Shown here one piece after another: positions 24,366 to 32,000 of a stretch of DNA of 32,000 nucleotides (positions within the stretch are counted from its first letter, which is position 1; each line of letters opens with the position of its first letter). The position numbers and the translations under genes were made by a program. This stretch comes from Propionibacterium freudenreichii subsp. freudenreichii (GTDB taxonomy: Bacteria > Actinomycetota > Actinomycetes > Propionibacteriales > Propionibacteriaceae). The stretch covers positions 540,001 to 572,000 of the forward strand of contig NZ_CP010341.1 of assembly GCF_000940845.1 (NCBI RefSeq), given 5' to 3'. The notes beneath the pieces were generated by a model that was not told where the DNA came from, searched no databases, and worked only from the letters and a program-made list of their open reading frames with translations.

Positions 24366-25448
24366 TCAGCGCTTCATTGCTGAGGCAACGCTTTCCACGA
24401 GTTCGGCCCAGGACGCGACGAACTTGTCCACGCCCTCGGTCTCGAGCTGATCGAACACCTCTGCCAGCGGCACGCCGGCGGCAGCGATCTTGTCCAGGGT
24501 GGCCTGGCCCTCGGCCGCGCGACCATCGATCGGCTCGCCGAGCTCACCATGGTCGGCAAAGGCCTGCATGGTCTTCTCGGGCATGGTGTTCACCACGCCA
24601 CGGGCCACCAGGTCGCTGACGTACAGCGTGTCGGGGTAGGCGGCATTCTTGGTGCCGGTGGACGCCCACAGCGGACGCTGCAGGTTGGCACCCTTGGCGG
24701 CCAACTTCTGGAAGCGCTCGGAGGCGAACACCTCCTGGTAGGCGCCGAACGCCACCAGCCCGTTGGCCACACCGGCCTTGCCGGCAAGCTCGGGATGGTT
24801 GAGCGCGCCCAGGCGCTTGTCGATCTCGCTGTCGACGCGCGAGATGAAGAACGATGCCACCGAGTGGATCTTCGACAGGTCCTTGCCGGCGGCAGCGGCC
24901 TTCTCGAGTCCGGCCATGTAGGCGTCCATCACCTTGCGGTAGCGCTCCACCGAGAAGATCAGCGTCACGTTCACCGAGATGCCGGCGGCGATCGTCGCCT
25001 CAATGGCGGGCAGGCCGGCCAGCGTGGCGGGGATCTTGATGAGCACATTGTCGCGGTCGACGAGCTTGTACAGCTCGGCGGCCTGCTTGGTGGTGGCCTC
25101 GGTGTCGTGGGCCAGTCCGGGCTCCACCTCGATGGAGACCCGGCCGTCGTAGCCCTCGCTCGACTGGTAGATGGGGGCGAAGAGGTCACAGGCATCGCGC
25201 ACATCGGTGGCGGTGAGCTGCTTGATCGCCTCGGCGGTGCTCACATCGCCGAGCTCGGTGAGCTGGGCGGCGTAATCGGCACCATTGGACAGTGCACCGG
25301 CGAAGATCGTCGGGTTGGTGGTGACGCCGACCACCGAGCTGTCCTTGATCAGTTCTGCCAGGCCGCCGGACGTGATGCGGGCACGGGAGAGGTCATCGAG
25401 CCAGATCGAGACTCCGGCATCGGACAGCGCCTTGAGGCGGGGATTCAT
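24366..25448 (-). CDS. tal: transaldolase (long actinobacterial form)
   Basis: 360 aa with [22 protein letters not shown]..., TTNPTIF and the catalytic-Lys region VLIKIPAT. Shine-Dalgarno is GAAGGAG. Confidence 0.95.
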   Translation of the reverse strand: MNPRLKALSDAGVSIWLDDLSRARITSGGLAELIKDSSVVGVTTNPTIFAGALSNGADYAAQLTELGDVSTAEAIKQLTATDVRDACDLFAPIYQSSEGYDGRVSIEVEPGLAHDTEATTKQAAELYKLVDRDNVLIKIPATLAGLPAIEATIAAGISVNVTLIFSVERYRKVMDAYMAGLEKAAAAGKDLSKIHSVASFFISRVDSEIDKRLGALNHPELAGKAGVANGLVAFGAYQEVFASERFQKLAAKGANLQRPLWASTGTKNAAYPDTLYVSDLVARGVVNTMPEKTMQAFADHGELGEPIDGRAAEGQATLDKIAAAGVPLAEVFDQLETEGVDKFVASWAELVESVASAMKR

Positions 25449-25647
25449 GTGTGCTCCTTCTGCGGCTCGCGCCGCTGCGCGAATCCATGGCGCGCGCTAC
25501 TGCGGGCGGTCATGGTGATGCCCCAAGCCTAACCTGCGTGCGAGGCGCACAGGCAGTTGGGGAGAGGGCGTGCAACACCCCTGCGGGCGGGTTCGGTTTG
25601 TTGCCTCATGCTGTGCGTCACAGGGGGTGCAGCCGCTAGCGGTCGCC

Positions 25648-26307
25648 TCAGGCGTAGACGAGCACCGAGCCGTGCTCGGTGGTGCGCAGCGTGCGCTCGA
25701 TCACGTAGGCCTGCGGGGTCCCGTCCTCGGTCACCGCGATGATGCTCAGCCGCAGGTGCGTGTCGATCGGGCCGAGCTTGCGGGGCATGTCGGTGGCGAT
25801 GCCAGCGGTGTTGGTCGCCTGCTGCTTGGTGGCTTCGGCCACCCGGTCGCGGTGCATGGCCACGGTCTGCTCGGCGCGCAGGTCCACCGGACGTCCCGGG
25901 CGGATCACGTCGAAGTGCACGGAGCGTTCGGCATGCTCGTCGCTGTTCACGATGAAGGTGACGTCATGGGCGATGTGCGATCCCTCGCTGACGGCGCGCA
26001 GGCTGGTCACCAGGCCCTTCTCGTCGCGGCTGATCTCCATCACCCAGTTGAAGCGTCCCCGCTCCTGGGTGCCGGGGAAGGCCGGCCCATTGTCCTGGGT
26101 GTCGTGCAACACGGCGGCGCGGCTGCGGGCCACCAGCTCCTGGTGGCTCTTCTGGGCATCGGCGGCCGCGCTGAACGCGGCCTGCACCGCGGCGTTCACG
26201 TTCGCCCGCGTGTCATGGGCGGCCCGATTGGCCTGCCGCGCCTGCATGATGGCAATAATTCCCAGGATCAGCCCTGCCAGGCCGAGCCCCACAGCAAACC
26301 ACGTCAT
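25648..26307 (-). CDS. hypothetical membrane-anchored protein
   Basis: N-terminal TM helix MTWFAVGLGLAGLILGIIAIM, with codon usage consistent with its neighbours. GAGAGG lies 9 nt upstream of ATG 26307 (GTG 26310 is also possible). I recognise no family. Confidence 0.55.
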   Translation of the reverse strand: MTWFAVGLGLAGLILGIIAIMQARQANRAAHDTRANVNAAVQAAFSAAADAQKSHQELVARSRAAVLHDTQDNGPAFPGTQERGRFNWVMEISRDEKGLVTSLRAVSEGSHIAHDVTFIVNSDEHAERSVHFDVIRPGRPVDLRAEQTVAMHRDRVAEATKQQATNTAGIATDMPRKLGPIDTHLRLSIIAVTEDGTPQAYVIERTLRTTEHGSVLVYA

Positions 26308-26427
26308 CACAACCCGCCTCTCAAGTCTTTGCTTGGCATCCTTGCACAGCCGGCCACGGTGTGTCCGTGGTCCATCGCTTGCGTCCCGTGGTGGGCAATC
26401 GGTGTGGCGTGGGTGCGACGCGTGTGC

Positions 26428-26775
26428 TCAGCGCAGGGTGGTCAGCTCATAGTGGGCGGCGATCTCCGCCTCGGTCACCGGGCTGAGGTGGGGATATGCG
26501 TCGCGGGCGGAACGCACCGGGGTGCCGGCCGGGGGAGCGGAGTTCACATGGGCGCGCAGATAGGGCACGTCGATGCGATGCCAGCCCACGGCGGCATTGA
26601 TGAGCGGCACGAGGAGGCGCCTGGCCCCGAACAGTCCGGTGCGCACCGTGACCGCCAGGGCCTCGCCGTTGACCTGATCGGTATAGACCTGCGCCACGTC
26701 GCCGACGAACGCGCCGTCACGGTCGATCACGCGCGCTCCGTAGAGGTGGTCGTATCCGCGGTCGGTGCTGCTCAC
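26428..26775 (-). CDS. PRC-barrel domain protein
   Basis: YDHLYGARVIDRDGAFVGDVAQVYTDQVNGEALAVTVRTGLFGARRLLVPL is paralogous to the product of 30164-30562. Start GTG 26775 lies downstream of AAGGAGG. The track ORF start at 26952 would overlap the patatin gene. Confidence 0.7.
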   Translation of the reverse strand: MSSTDRGYDHLYGARVIDRDGAFVGDVAQVYTDQVNGEALAVTVRTGLFGARRLLVPLINAAVGWHRIDVPYLRAHVNSAPPAGTPVRSARDAYPHLSPVTEAEIAAHYELTTLR

Positions 26776-26790
26776 GGCGCTGTGTTCCTC

Positions 26791-26838
26791 CTTGTCAGCA
26801 GGTCTTCTTGTCAGCAGGTCTTTCCCATCAGCAGTTCC
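26791..26838. repeat. perfect 16-bp tandem duplication CTTGTCAGCAGGTCTT x2 plus a degenerate third unit, in the 5' UTR of the PRC-barrel gene
   Basis: Units at 26791-26806 and 26807-26822 are identical. Unit 26823-26838 (tcccatcagcagttcc) is diverged. On the minus strand the last unit abuts the AAGGAGG Shine-Dalgarno. Confidence 0.8.
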
Positions 26839-26896
26839 GACGCGCCACCAGATCCCGACCAAGTCGTGCACCGATGCCGCGCCCACCGTCCGGCCG

Positions 26897-28486
26897 TCAA
26901 CTGGCGGCCGGCGCGTCGTCGCCCTCCGAGCGGGTCCACCACTGCTGGGCATCGGGCGGCAGCAGGTCCTTGTCCGCCGAGCCCAGGAGCGACTGCAGGT
27001 GCAGCTTCAACTGCCCGACCTCGTTGAGCATCGCCTGATCGAACTCGTGGGGGCTGCCGGGCTTCATCTGGCGCTCGCGCTTCCACGCCTGCAGGCGCGT
27101 CTCGATGATCTCGCGGTTCACCTGCTGGGTGGCGGCGTCGGCCTCGTGCATGGCCTCGGCGGCGCGCATCCAGCCGTAGTCGCGGTTGATGCGCAGGGTG
27201 CCGGGGTCGAATTCCATCGTCTCGTGCACCGACAGCTCCGGCTCGATCACCACCGCCCCGGAACTGCGGGCATAGGCCACCTCGTCGCGCTCTGACTCGT
27301 CGCTCTGGATCGACTGGATGCGGAACAGGATCGAGATCAGGTCGCCGGAGCCCACCTGCGCGTCGTAATTCAGCCCCGATGGCCCCGAGACGATCACATA
27401 GGGCCTTGTCACCCCCAAGTTGGAGACGGCCCCCTCGACCGGCACGTTCTCCCGGATGCCACCATCCACGTACCATTCGCCGTTCATCTCGACGGGCTTG
27501 AATACCCCGGGGATGGAGCACGAGGCCAGCACGCCCATGCTGATGTCGAAGGGGTTCCCGGCCAGCACCTTGTCATCGCGGTCGACGATGTGCCCGTCCT
27601 CGCGCATATAGCGCAGCTCCCCGGAATTGAGTCCGACGAAGGCGCAGCGCAGTGTCATTCCCGAGGAGGTGACCTGCTCGGAGTGGAAGAAGTCGCGCGA
27701 CAGCAGGCGACGCAGGATCGGCCCGGGCTTGAACAGCGACCGATTGCGTTCCAGGCCCCGCCATGCCGCGGTGAGGTCGGCGCTGGCGCGCCCCAGCTGG
27801 GGCAGGCCCGCCGCGAGCTGGAAGAACACATTCGGCGTCCACCCCAGCGGTTCGCCGGGTTCCTCCGACATGGCCAGGGCCAGGGTCCGCTCCTGGGGGC
27901 TCAGCGCGTTGTCGGTGCTGGTGGGCGCCGCATCCGGGGCGTCGGGGGACTCGCCCGCGCCCGTGGCTGCGCCGCCCGTCACCTGGTGGGTCGGGGTGGC
28001 CCCGGCCTGCTTCGCGTCGCCCTCCTGCTTCGCGGCGGCCTGGCGCGTCCCCCAACCAAACCGCGACCACAACCCGGGCTGGTGGCCCGGATCGTCGTGT
28101 TCGGCCTTCTCCTCCACCTGCCGCAGCACGTCCAGGGCGTCGGCATGCGATTTCAGCTGGGTGAACCAGCTTCGTTCGGTGAACATGTCCGAGGGCTGCG
28201 TCATGGCCAGCCAGAGCTTCTCGATGCCGCGCAGGGACGCCAGCTGCTCGGCCGGGTCCTTCGACTGGGCCAGCAGCGAGCCGAGGATCGCTCCGGCCGA
28301 GGTGGCGGTGATCACGCTCGGGGCGATGTGCTCGCGCTCGTACAGATAGCGCAGGGCGCCGATCTGGAAGCTTGCCCGGGCACCGCCGCCGGCGATGACC
28401 AGACCCTGGACCGCGGGGGTCTCCTGGCGTGTGGACGCGTGGCGCCCCAGGAAGGGGAGCACGCCGAACCATGCTGGGCGGGACAT
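26897..28486 (-). CDS. patatin-like phospholipase family protein with a long internal insertion
   Basis: Oxyanion motif GGGARASF (aa 33-40), nucleophile motif ATSAG (Ser63) and catalytic Asp in YVDGGIRENVP (Asp341). A low-complexity insert spans ~aa 130-210. Confidence 0.85.
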   Translation of the reverse strand: MSRPAWFGVLPFLGRHASTRQETPAVQGLVIAGGGARASFQIGALRYLYEREHIAPSVITATSAGAILGSLLAQSKDPAEQLASLRGIEKLWLAMTQPSDMFTERSWFTQLKSHADALDVLRQVEEKAEHDDPGHQPGLWSRFGWGTRQAAAKQEGDAKQAGATPTHQVTGGAATGAGESPDAPDAAPTSTDNALSPQERTLALAMSEEPGEPLGWTPNVFFQLAAGLPQLGRASADLTAAWRGLERNRSLFKPGPILRRLLSRDFFHSEQVTSSGMTLRCAFVGLNSGELRYMREDGHIVDRDDKVLAGNPFDISMGVLASCSIPGVFKPVEMNGEWYVDGGIRENVPVEGAVSNLGVTRPYVIVSGPSGLNYDAQVGSGDLISILFRIQSIQSDESERDEVAYARSSGAVVIEPELSVHETMEFDPGTLRINRDYGWMRAAEAMHEADAATQQVNREIIETRLQAWKRERQMKPGSPHEFDQAMLNEVGQLKLHLQSLLGSADKDLLPPDAQQWWTRSEGDDAPAAS

Positions 28487-28492
28487 GGTCCA

Positions 28493-28498
28493 AGCCTA
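28493..28498 (-). promoter_or_regulatory. -10-like hexamer TAGGCT, 6 nt upstream of the patatin ATG (candidate leaderless promoter)
   Basis: The minus strand reads GTTAGGCTTGGACC-ATG. There is no Shine-Dalgarno. Confidence 0.4.
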
Positions 28499-28586
28499 AC
28501 TTCGCGAGGACGCGCGACGGCACCCCGCCTCCGGTATTCCGCGCCTTCGGTATCGGGTGCCGGGCCGCGCGATGGGGTGCGCCGGC

Positions 28587-28652
28587 GTACGCCGATGGCA
28601 GGTGGGGCGTACGCCGATGGCAGGTGGGGGGTACGCCGATGGCAGGTGGGAC
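28587..28652. repeat. 22-bp tandem repeat x3 (GTACGCCGATGGCAGGTGGGGN) in the divergent patatin/CDF intergenic region
   Basis: gtacgccgatggcaggtggggc / gtacgccgatggcaggtggggg / gtacgccgatggcaggtgggac. The units are contiguous and the period is not a multiple of 3. Confidence 0.85.
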
Positions 28653-28676
28653 GAAGCCCATGCAGGGTGCGGGATA

Positions 28677-29645
28677 ATGGCTCGTGTGACCAATGTGACC
28701 TCCACCGAGAAGGCGTCGCCGATGCGCGAGACCATTGCCGGGCGCTATGCGGCGCCGGTTGACCTGAGCAAGTTCGCGTGGTTGTCCATCGCCGCAGCCG
28801 TGGTCACCATCGTGCTGAAGTCGGGTGCCGCCTGGCTCACCGGATCGGTCGGCCTGCTGTCCGATGCCCTGGAGTCGGTGGTCAACCTGGTGGCGGCCAT
28901 CTTCGCGCTGGTGGCGCTGAAGGTGAGCATCAAGCCGCCGGATTCCAATCACCCCTTCGGCCATTCCAAGGCCGAGTACTTCTCGGCGGCCTTCGAGGGC
29001 ATCATGATCTTCGTCGCCGCCGTGGTGATCATCTATTCGGCGGTCGAACGCATCCTCAATCCGCGGATGCCCGAGCAGCTGGGCTTCGGCCTGCTGATCT
29101 CGGTGGTGGCCTCGCTGATCAACGGCGGCGTCGGCTTCCTGCTGATCCGCGCCGGCAAGCAGCGCCGCTCGGCCACCCTGTCGGCCGACGGACGCCACCT
29201 GATGACCGATGTGGTCACCTCGGTGGCGGTGATCATCGGCGTCGGCCTGGTCGCGCTCACCAACCTGCAGGTGCTCGACCCGATCGTCGCCATCCTGGCC
29301 GGCATCAACATCCTGTGGACCGGCTGGCGGCTGATCCGCAGCTCGTCGGAGGGCCTGATGGACATCGCCCTGCCGCCGGAGGACGAGGCGAAGATCGAAG
29401 GGGTGCTCGACCGCTTCCGCGCCGACGGCGAGATCGACTTCCACGCCGTGCGCACCCGCGAGTCGGGCAATCGGCGCTTTATGGAGATGCACGTGCTGGT
29501 GCCCGACGAGTGGAGCGTCAAGCGCGCCCATGACCTGGCCGAGGACGTGATCGACGAGTTGGTGAAGGTGGAACCGGACCTGCGGGTGTCGGCCCACCTC
29601 GAGCCCAAGAGCGATCCGCGTTCCTATGAGGACATCGACATCTAG
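28677..29645 (+). CDS. cation diffusion facilitator (CDF) family metal efflux transporter
   Basis: Motifs LLSDALESVVNLV, HPFGHSKAEYF and HLMTDVVTS (the TM2/TM5 metal-site Asp/His pattern), plus a C-terminal cytoplasmic domain. ATG 28677 is preferred over the track start at 28557, which runs through the tandem repeats. Confidence 0.9.
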   Translation: MARVTNVTSTEKASPMRETIAGRYAAPVDLSKFAWLSIAAAVVTIVLKSGAAWLTGSVGLLSDALESVVNLVAAIFALVALKVSIKPPDSNHPFGHSKAEYFSAAFEGIMIFVAAVVIIYSAVERILNPRMPEQLGFGLLISVVASLINGGVGFLLIRAGKQRRSATLSADGRHLMTDVVTSVAVIIGVGLVALTNLQVLDPIVAILAGINILWTGWRLIRSSSEGLMDIALPPEDEAKIEGVLDRFRADGEIDFHAVRTRESGNRRFMEMHVLVPDEWSVKRAHDLAEDVIDELVKVEPDLRVSAHLEPKSDPRSYEDIDI

Positions 29646-29661
29646 CCCTGTTGGGGCTGGT

Positions 29662-29667
29662 TACGCT
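29662..29667 (+). promoter_or_regulatory. -10-like hexamer TACGCT, 6 nt upstream of the dCMP deaminase ATG (candidate leaderless promoter)
   Basis: Sequence is ggtTACGCTtgtcctATG. There is no Shine-Dalgarno. Confidence 0.35.
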
Positions 29668-29673
29668 TGTCCT

Positions 29674-30138
29674 ATGGCGACAATCGAGCCGGGACAGGAA
29701 ATCACCGTCCCCAGCTGGGACGAATACTTCCTCGGCATCACCCAGGCAGTGGCAGCACGCGCAAAGTGCACGCGACGCCGGGTGGGGGCCGTGCTGGTCG
29801 GCCCGGACCATCGCATCATTGCCACCGGCTACAACGGGGCCGCGCCGGGGCGTCCGGACTGCCTTGAGGGTGCCTGCCCACGGGGGCGGCTGTCCTACGA
29901 CGAGATCCCGGGCCTGGGCGATTACGACCGGCCCGGCACCCCGGGCTTCTGCATCGCCATCCATGCCGAGATGAATGCGCTGCTGTTCGCCACCCGCGAC
30001 ACCAAGGGGGCCACGGCCTTCATCACCGACGAGCCCTGCCCGGGTTGCCGCAAGGCGCTGGCCGCGGCGGGCATCGTGCGGGCGGTGTGGCCCGAGGGTG
30101 AGTTCGACGGCGACCAGATCGTCGACTTCGGTTGCTGA
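29674..30138 (+). CDS. deoxycytidylate (dCMP) deaminase / ComEB-type cytidine-deaminase-fold protein
   Basis: Zinc motifs HAEMNA and PCPGC, and the WDEYFLGIT N-terminus typical of dCMP deaminases. 154 aa. Confidence 0.88.
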   Translation: MATIEPGQEITVPSWDEYFLGITQAVAARAKCTRRRVGAVLVGPDHRIIATGYNGAAPGRPDCLEGACPRGRLSYDEIPGLGDYDRPGTPGFCIAIHAEMNALLFATRDTKGATAFITDEPCPGCRKALAAAGIVRAVWPEGEFDGDQIVDFGC

Positions 30139-30157
30139 GCCGGCGCGCGGCGCCGGC
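30139..30157. terminator. 8-bp GC hairpin (GCCGGCGC-gcg-GCGCCGGC) filling the 25-bp convergent gap; possible bidirectional terminator
   Basis: Read directly between the stop at 30138 (+) and the stop at 30164 (-). Confidence 0.45.
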
Positions 30158-30163
30158 CGGGGG

Positions 30164-30562
30164 TCACTGCGTGGCGTTGGGGCCCGTACCGGCCTGGTCC
30201 GCGTCGGCCTGATCGGCGTCGGCTTCGTCCCGGTCGGTCCCGGGGGCGGGAACGGTCTCGATCCCGTAGTACTTGTACAAGTCCGCCTCTTCGTCGGCGT
30301 CCAGGTGACGATCGGGATCGACGGTGGGGGCCTCCTTGACGACCTCCTCGGCATAGGGCACCTTGATCTCGCCATTGGCGATATCGGCATGCACCAGCGG
30401 CACGAAGTTCTCCTTGGTGCCGAACAAACCGGTCTTCACGGTCACCCAGGTGGGCTGGCCGGTCTTGTCATCCAGGTACACCTGGCCGACGCCACCGATC
30501 TTCTTGCCGTCGGAGGCGACAACATCCGAGTTGTACAGATCGTCGTAGTTGTCGTCCGCCAT
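30164..30562 (-). CDS. PRC-barrel domain protein with acidic C-terminal tail
   Basis: MADDNYDDLYNSDVVASDGKKIGGVGQVYLDDKTGQPTWVTVKTGLFGTKENFVPL. ATG 30562 is preceded by GGAAAGGGGA. Confidence 0.8.
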   Translation of the reverse strand: MADDNYDDLYNSDVVASDGKKIGGVGQVYLDDKTGQPTWVTVKTGLFGTKENFVPLVHADIANGEIKVPYAEEVVKEAPTVDPDRHLDADEEADLYKYYGIETVPAPGTDRDEADADQADADQAGTGPNATQ

Positions 30563-30724
30563 GAGATCCCCTTTCCTGCCACGCGATGAGTCGCGTGGTC
30601 GCCCTGCGCCATAGTCGTGGCCCACGGATTCGACGGTCTCCCGAACGTGTCGGGTGGGCCGTCCGGATGAGCCTACAAGCGTCCAGTCTGCCCCGTTCGG
30701 GAGCCCACGGCTACTTCAGCGCGG

Positions 30725-32000
30725 CTACTTCACCGGCATGGTGATCTCGTCGGTCACCCGGCGCCGTTCCAGGTACCACCAGCCACGTCGGTGCGAGTCG
30801 AAGCGCAACCGCAGGCTGTCGGTGTGCATGATCACCCAGGTGATGATCACGGTGGAGATGCCGACGCAGATCACGCCGAACATCACCGTGGCGCGCGGGC
30901 CCAGCCAGTCGCCCAGGTGGCCCACCACCGGCGAGACCACCGGCGAGATGCCGGTGATCATCAGCATCCACAGGCTCAGCACCCGCCCCCGCATGGACGC
31001 ACTGGTGTGGGACTGCAGCAGGGTGTTCCCGGTGACCAGCGCGGTGATCGTGGCCAGCCCGATGGGCGCCTGCAGCAGGGCGAACACCCAGTAGTTGGTG
31101 GAGAACGCCGCCACCAGGCCGAGCACCGTGTAGGCGGCCATGGAGATGATCATGTGGCGGATGCGCGGCCCATGGCGGGCAGCCGACCACAGCGCCGCAG
31201 CCAGGGCGCCGACGCCCATGATCGAGTCGAGCAGGCCGAAGGCGTCCGAGCCGCGATGGAAGATGCCGGTGGTCATCACCGCATTGGAGATCTGGAAGTT
31301 GAAGCCCAGTCCGCCCACCGCGAAGCCGATGGCCAACAGCACCATCAGGTCGGGGCGGCGGCGCACATAGCGCAGGCCCTCATGGATGCTGCCGCCGTCC
31401 TTCGCCCTGGCCGGCGTGGCCAGGTCACGGGTCTTGAGCAGCGCCAGGCAGATGATCATCGCCGCGAACGACACGGTGTTGACGGCGATCACCGGTCCGG
31501 TGCCGATGATGGCGATGAGCACGCCGGCCAGTCCGGGGCCCAGCAGGCGCGTCATATTGAAGCTCGCGGAGTTGAGGCTGATCGCATTGGACAGCTGGCG
31601 CCCCGAGACCACCTCCGAGACGAAGCTCTGGCGGGCCGGTGAATCGAACGACGAACCGACGCCGTCGATCGTCGCGATGAGGTACACATGCCACAGTTCG
31701 GCCACCCCGGTGATCACCAGGGTGGACAGCACGGCGGCGTCGATGAGTCCCACCAGTTGGGCCAACATGAGGATGCGCCGCTTGGGGAAGCGGTCGGCCA
31801 GCTTGCCGGCGATCGGCATGAGGAACAGCGTGGGCAGGAACTGCAGCGCCGTCACGGTGCCCAGGGCGGTGGCCGAGTGGTCGGTCAGCACGGTGAGCAC
31901 CAGCCAGCTCTGGGCGGTGCGGGCCATCCACTGGCCCATGTTCGACACCGTCATGCCGGTGAAGTAGATGCGGTAGTTCGGCACGGCCAGCGAGGCGAAC
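30725..32000 (-). CDS. MFS transporter (MFS_3 / EntS-like), 5' end outside the window
   Basis: Multiple TM helices with an N-terminal ...NYRIYFTGMTVSNMGQWM motif typical of this MFS subfamily. The frame stays open to the window edge (...FASLAVPNYR). Confidence 0.85.
   Translation of the reverse strand, partial: FASLAVPNYRIYFTGMTVSNMGQWMARTAQSWLVLTVLTDHSATALGTVTALQFLPTLFLMPIAGKLADRFPKRRILMLAQLVGLIDAAVLSTLVITGVAELWHVYLIATIDGVGSSFDSPARQSFVSEVVSGRQLSNAISLNSASFNMTRLLGPGLAGVLIAIIGTGPVIAVNTVSFAAMIICLALLKTRDLATPARAKDGGSIHEGLRYVRRRPDLMVLLAIGFAVGGLGFNFQISNAVMTTGIFHRGSDAFGLLDSIMGVGALAAALWSAARHGPRIRHMIISMAAYTVLGLVAAFSTNYWVFALLQAPIGLATITALVTGNTLLQSHTSASMRGRVLSLWMLMITGISPVVSPVVGHLGDWLGPRATVMFGVICVGISTVIITWVIMHTDSLRLRFDSHRRGWWYLERRRVTDEITMPVK

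Noticed and set aside
28587-28652. The 22-bp x3 array considered as a degenerate CRISPR array.
   Set aside because: The units are directly contiguous with no spacers. There are only three copies and no cas genes in the window.
29674-30138. The dCMP deaminase considered as an anti-phage dCTP-deaminase-type defence gene, with the nearby patatin as a defence effector.
   Set aside because: The deaminase is a minimal 154-aa ComEB/dCMP-deaminase fold without the extra N-terminal domain of the defence enzymes. The patatin gene has no cyclase, sensor or other defence partners. The neighbours are housekeeping transporters.

Overview
High-GC (about two-thirds G+C by eye) actinobacterial chromosomal segment. 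A Propionibacteriales-like origin is only an inference from protein style and synteny. Most of the window is core metabolism. It carries fhs, a leaderless ACT/UPF0210/AAA-kinase operon, purF-purM-DUF3073, a tRNA-Glu/Asp/Phe cluster, tRNA-Lys, transaldolase and a dCMP deaminase. It also carries envelope and transport genes: a 5xSH3b NlpC/P60 hydrolase, a DrrAB-like ABC exporter with a divergent TetR, an ArsR plus P1B-ATPase pair, a CDF transporter and an MFS transporter. No recognisable defence island, CRISPR array or prophage is present, and I did not find a clear multi-gene novel system. The most notable features follow. (1) A complete 1093-bp IS481-family element with 27-bp inverted repeats and an ACTAGG target duplication sits between the AGGAGG Shine-Dalgarno and the GTG start of an aminotransferase. 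Its transposase stop codon is supplied by the duplicated target. (2) A frameshifted panE lies just upstream in the same minus-strand gene string. (3) Two copies of a long hairpin element have a near-identical 30-nt loop and completely different but self-complementary 20-bp stems. They flank a small secreted-protein gene. (4) The NlpC/P60 gene has a roughly 430-nt structured leader with ydaO/c-di-AMP-riboswitch-like blocks. (5) Several intergenic short tandem repeats occur (22 bp x3, 16 bp x2, 29 bp x2, degenerate 14 nt x5-6, 17 nt x2). (6) The P1B-ATPase lacks the (C/S)PC transmembrane motif. (7) Five genes have a TANNNT hexamer 6-7 nt upstream of the start codon, which suggests leaderless mRNAs. 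Long ORFs antisense to real genes are treated as GC-driven artefacts.
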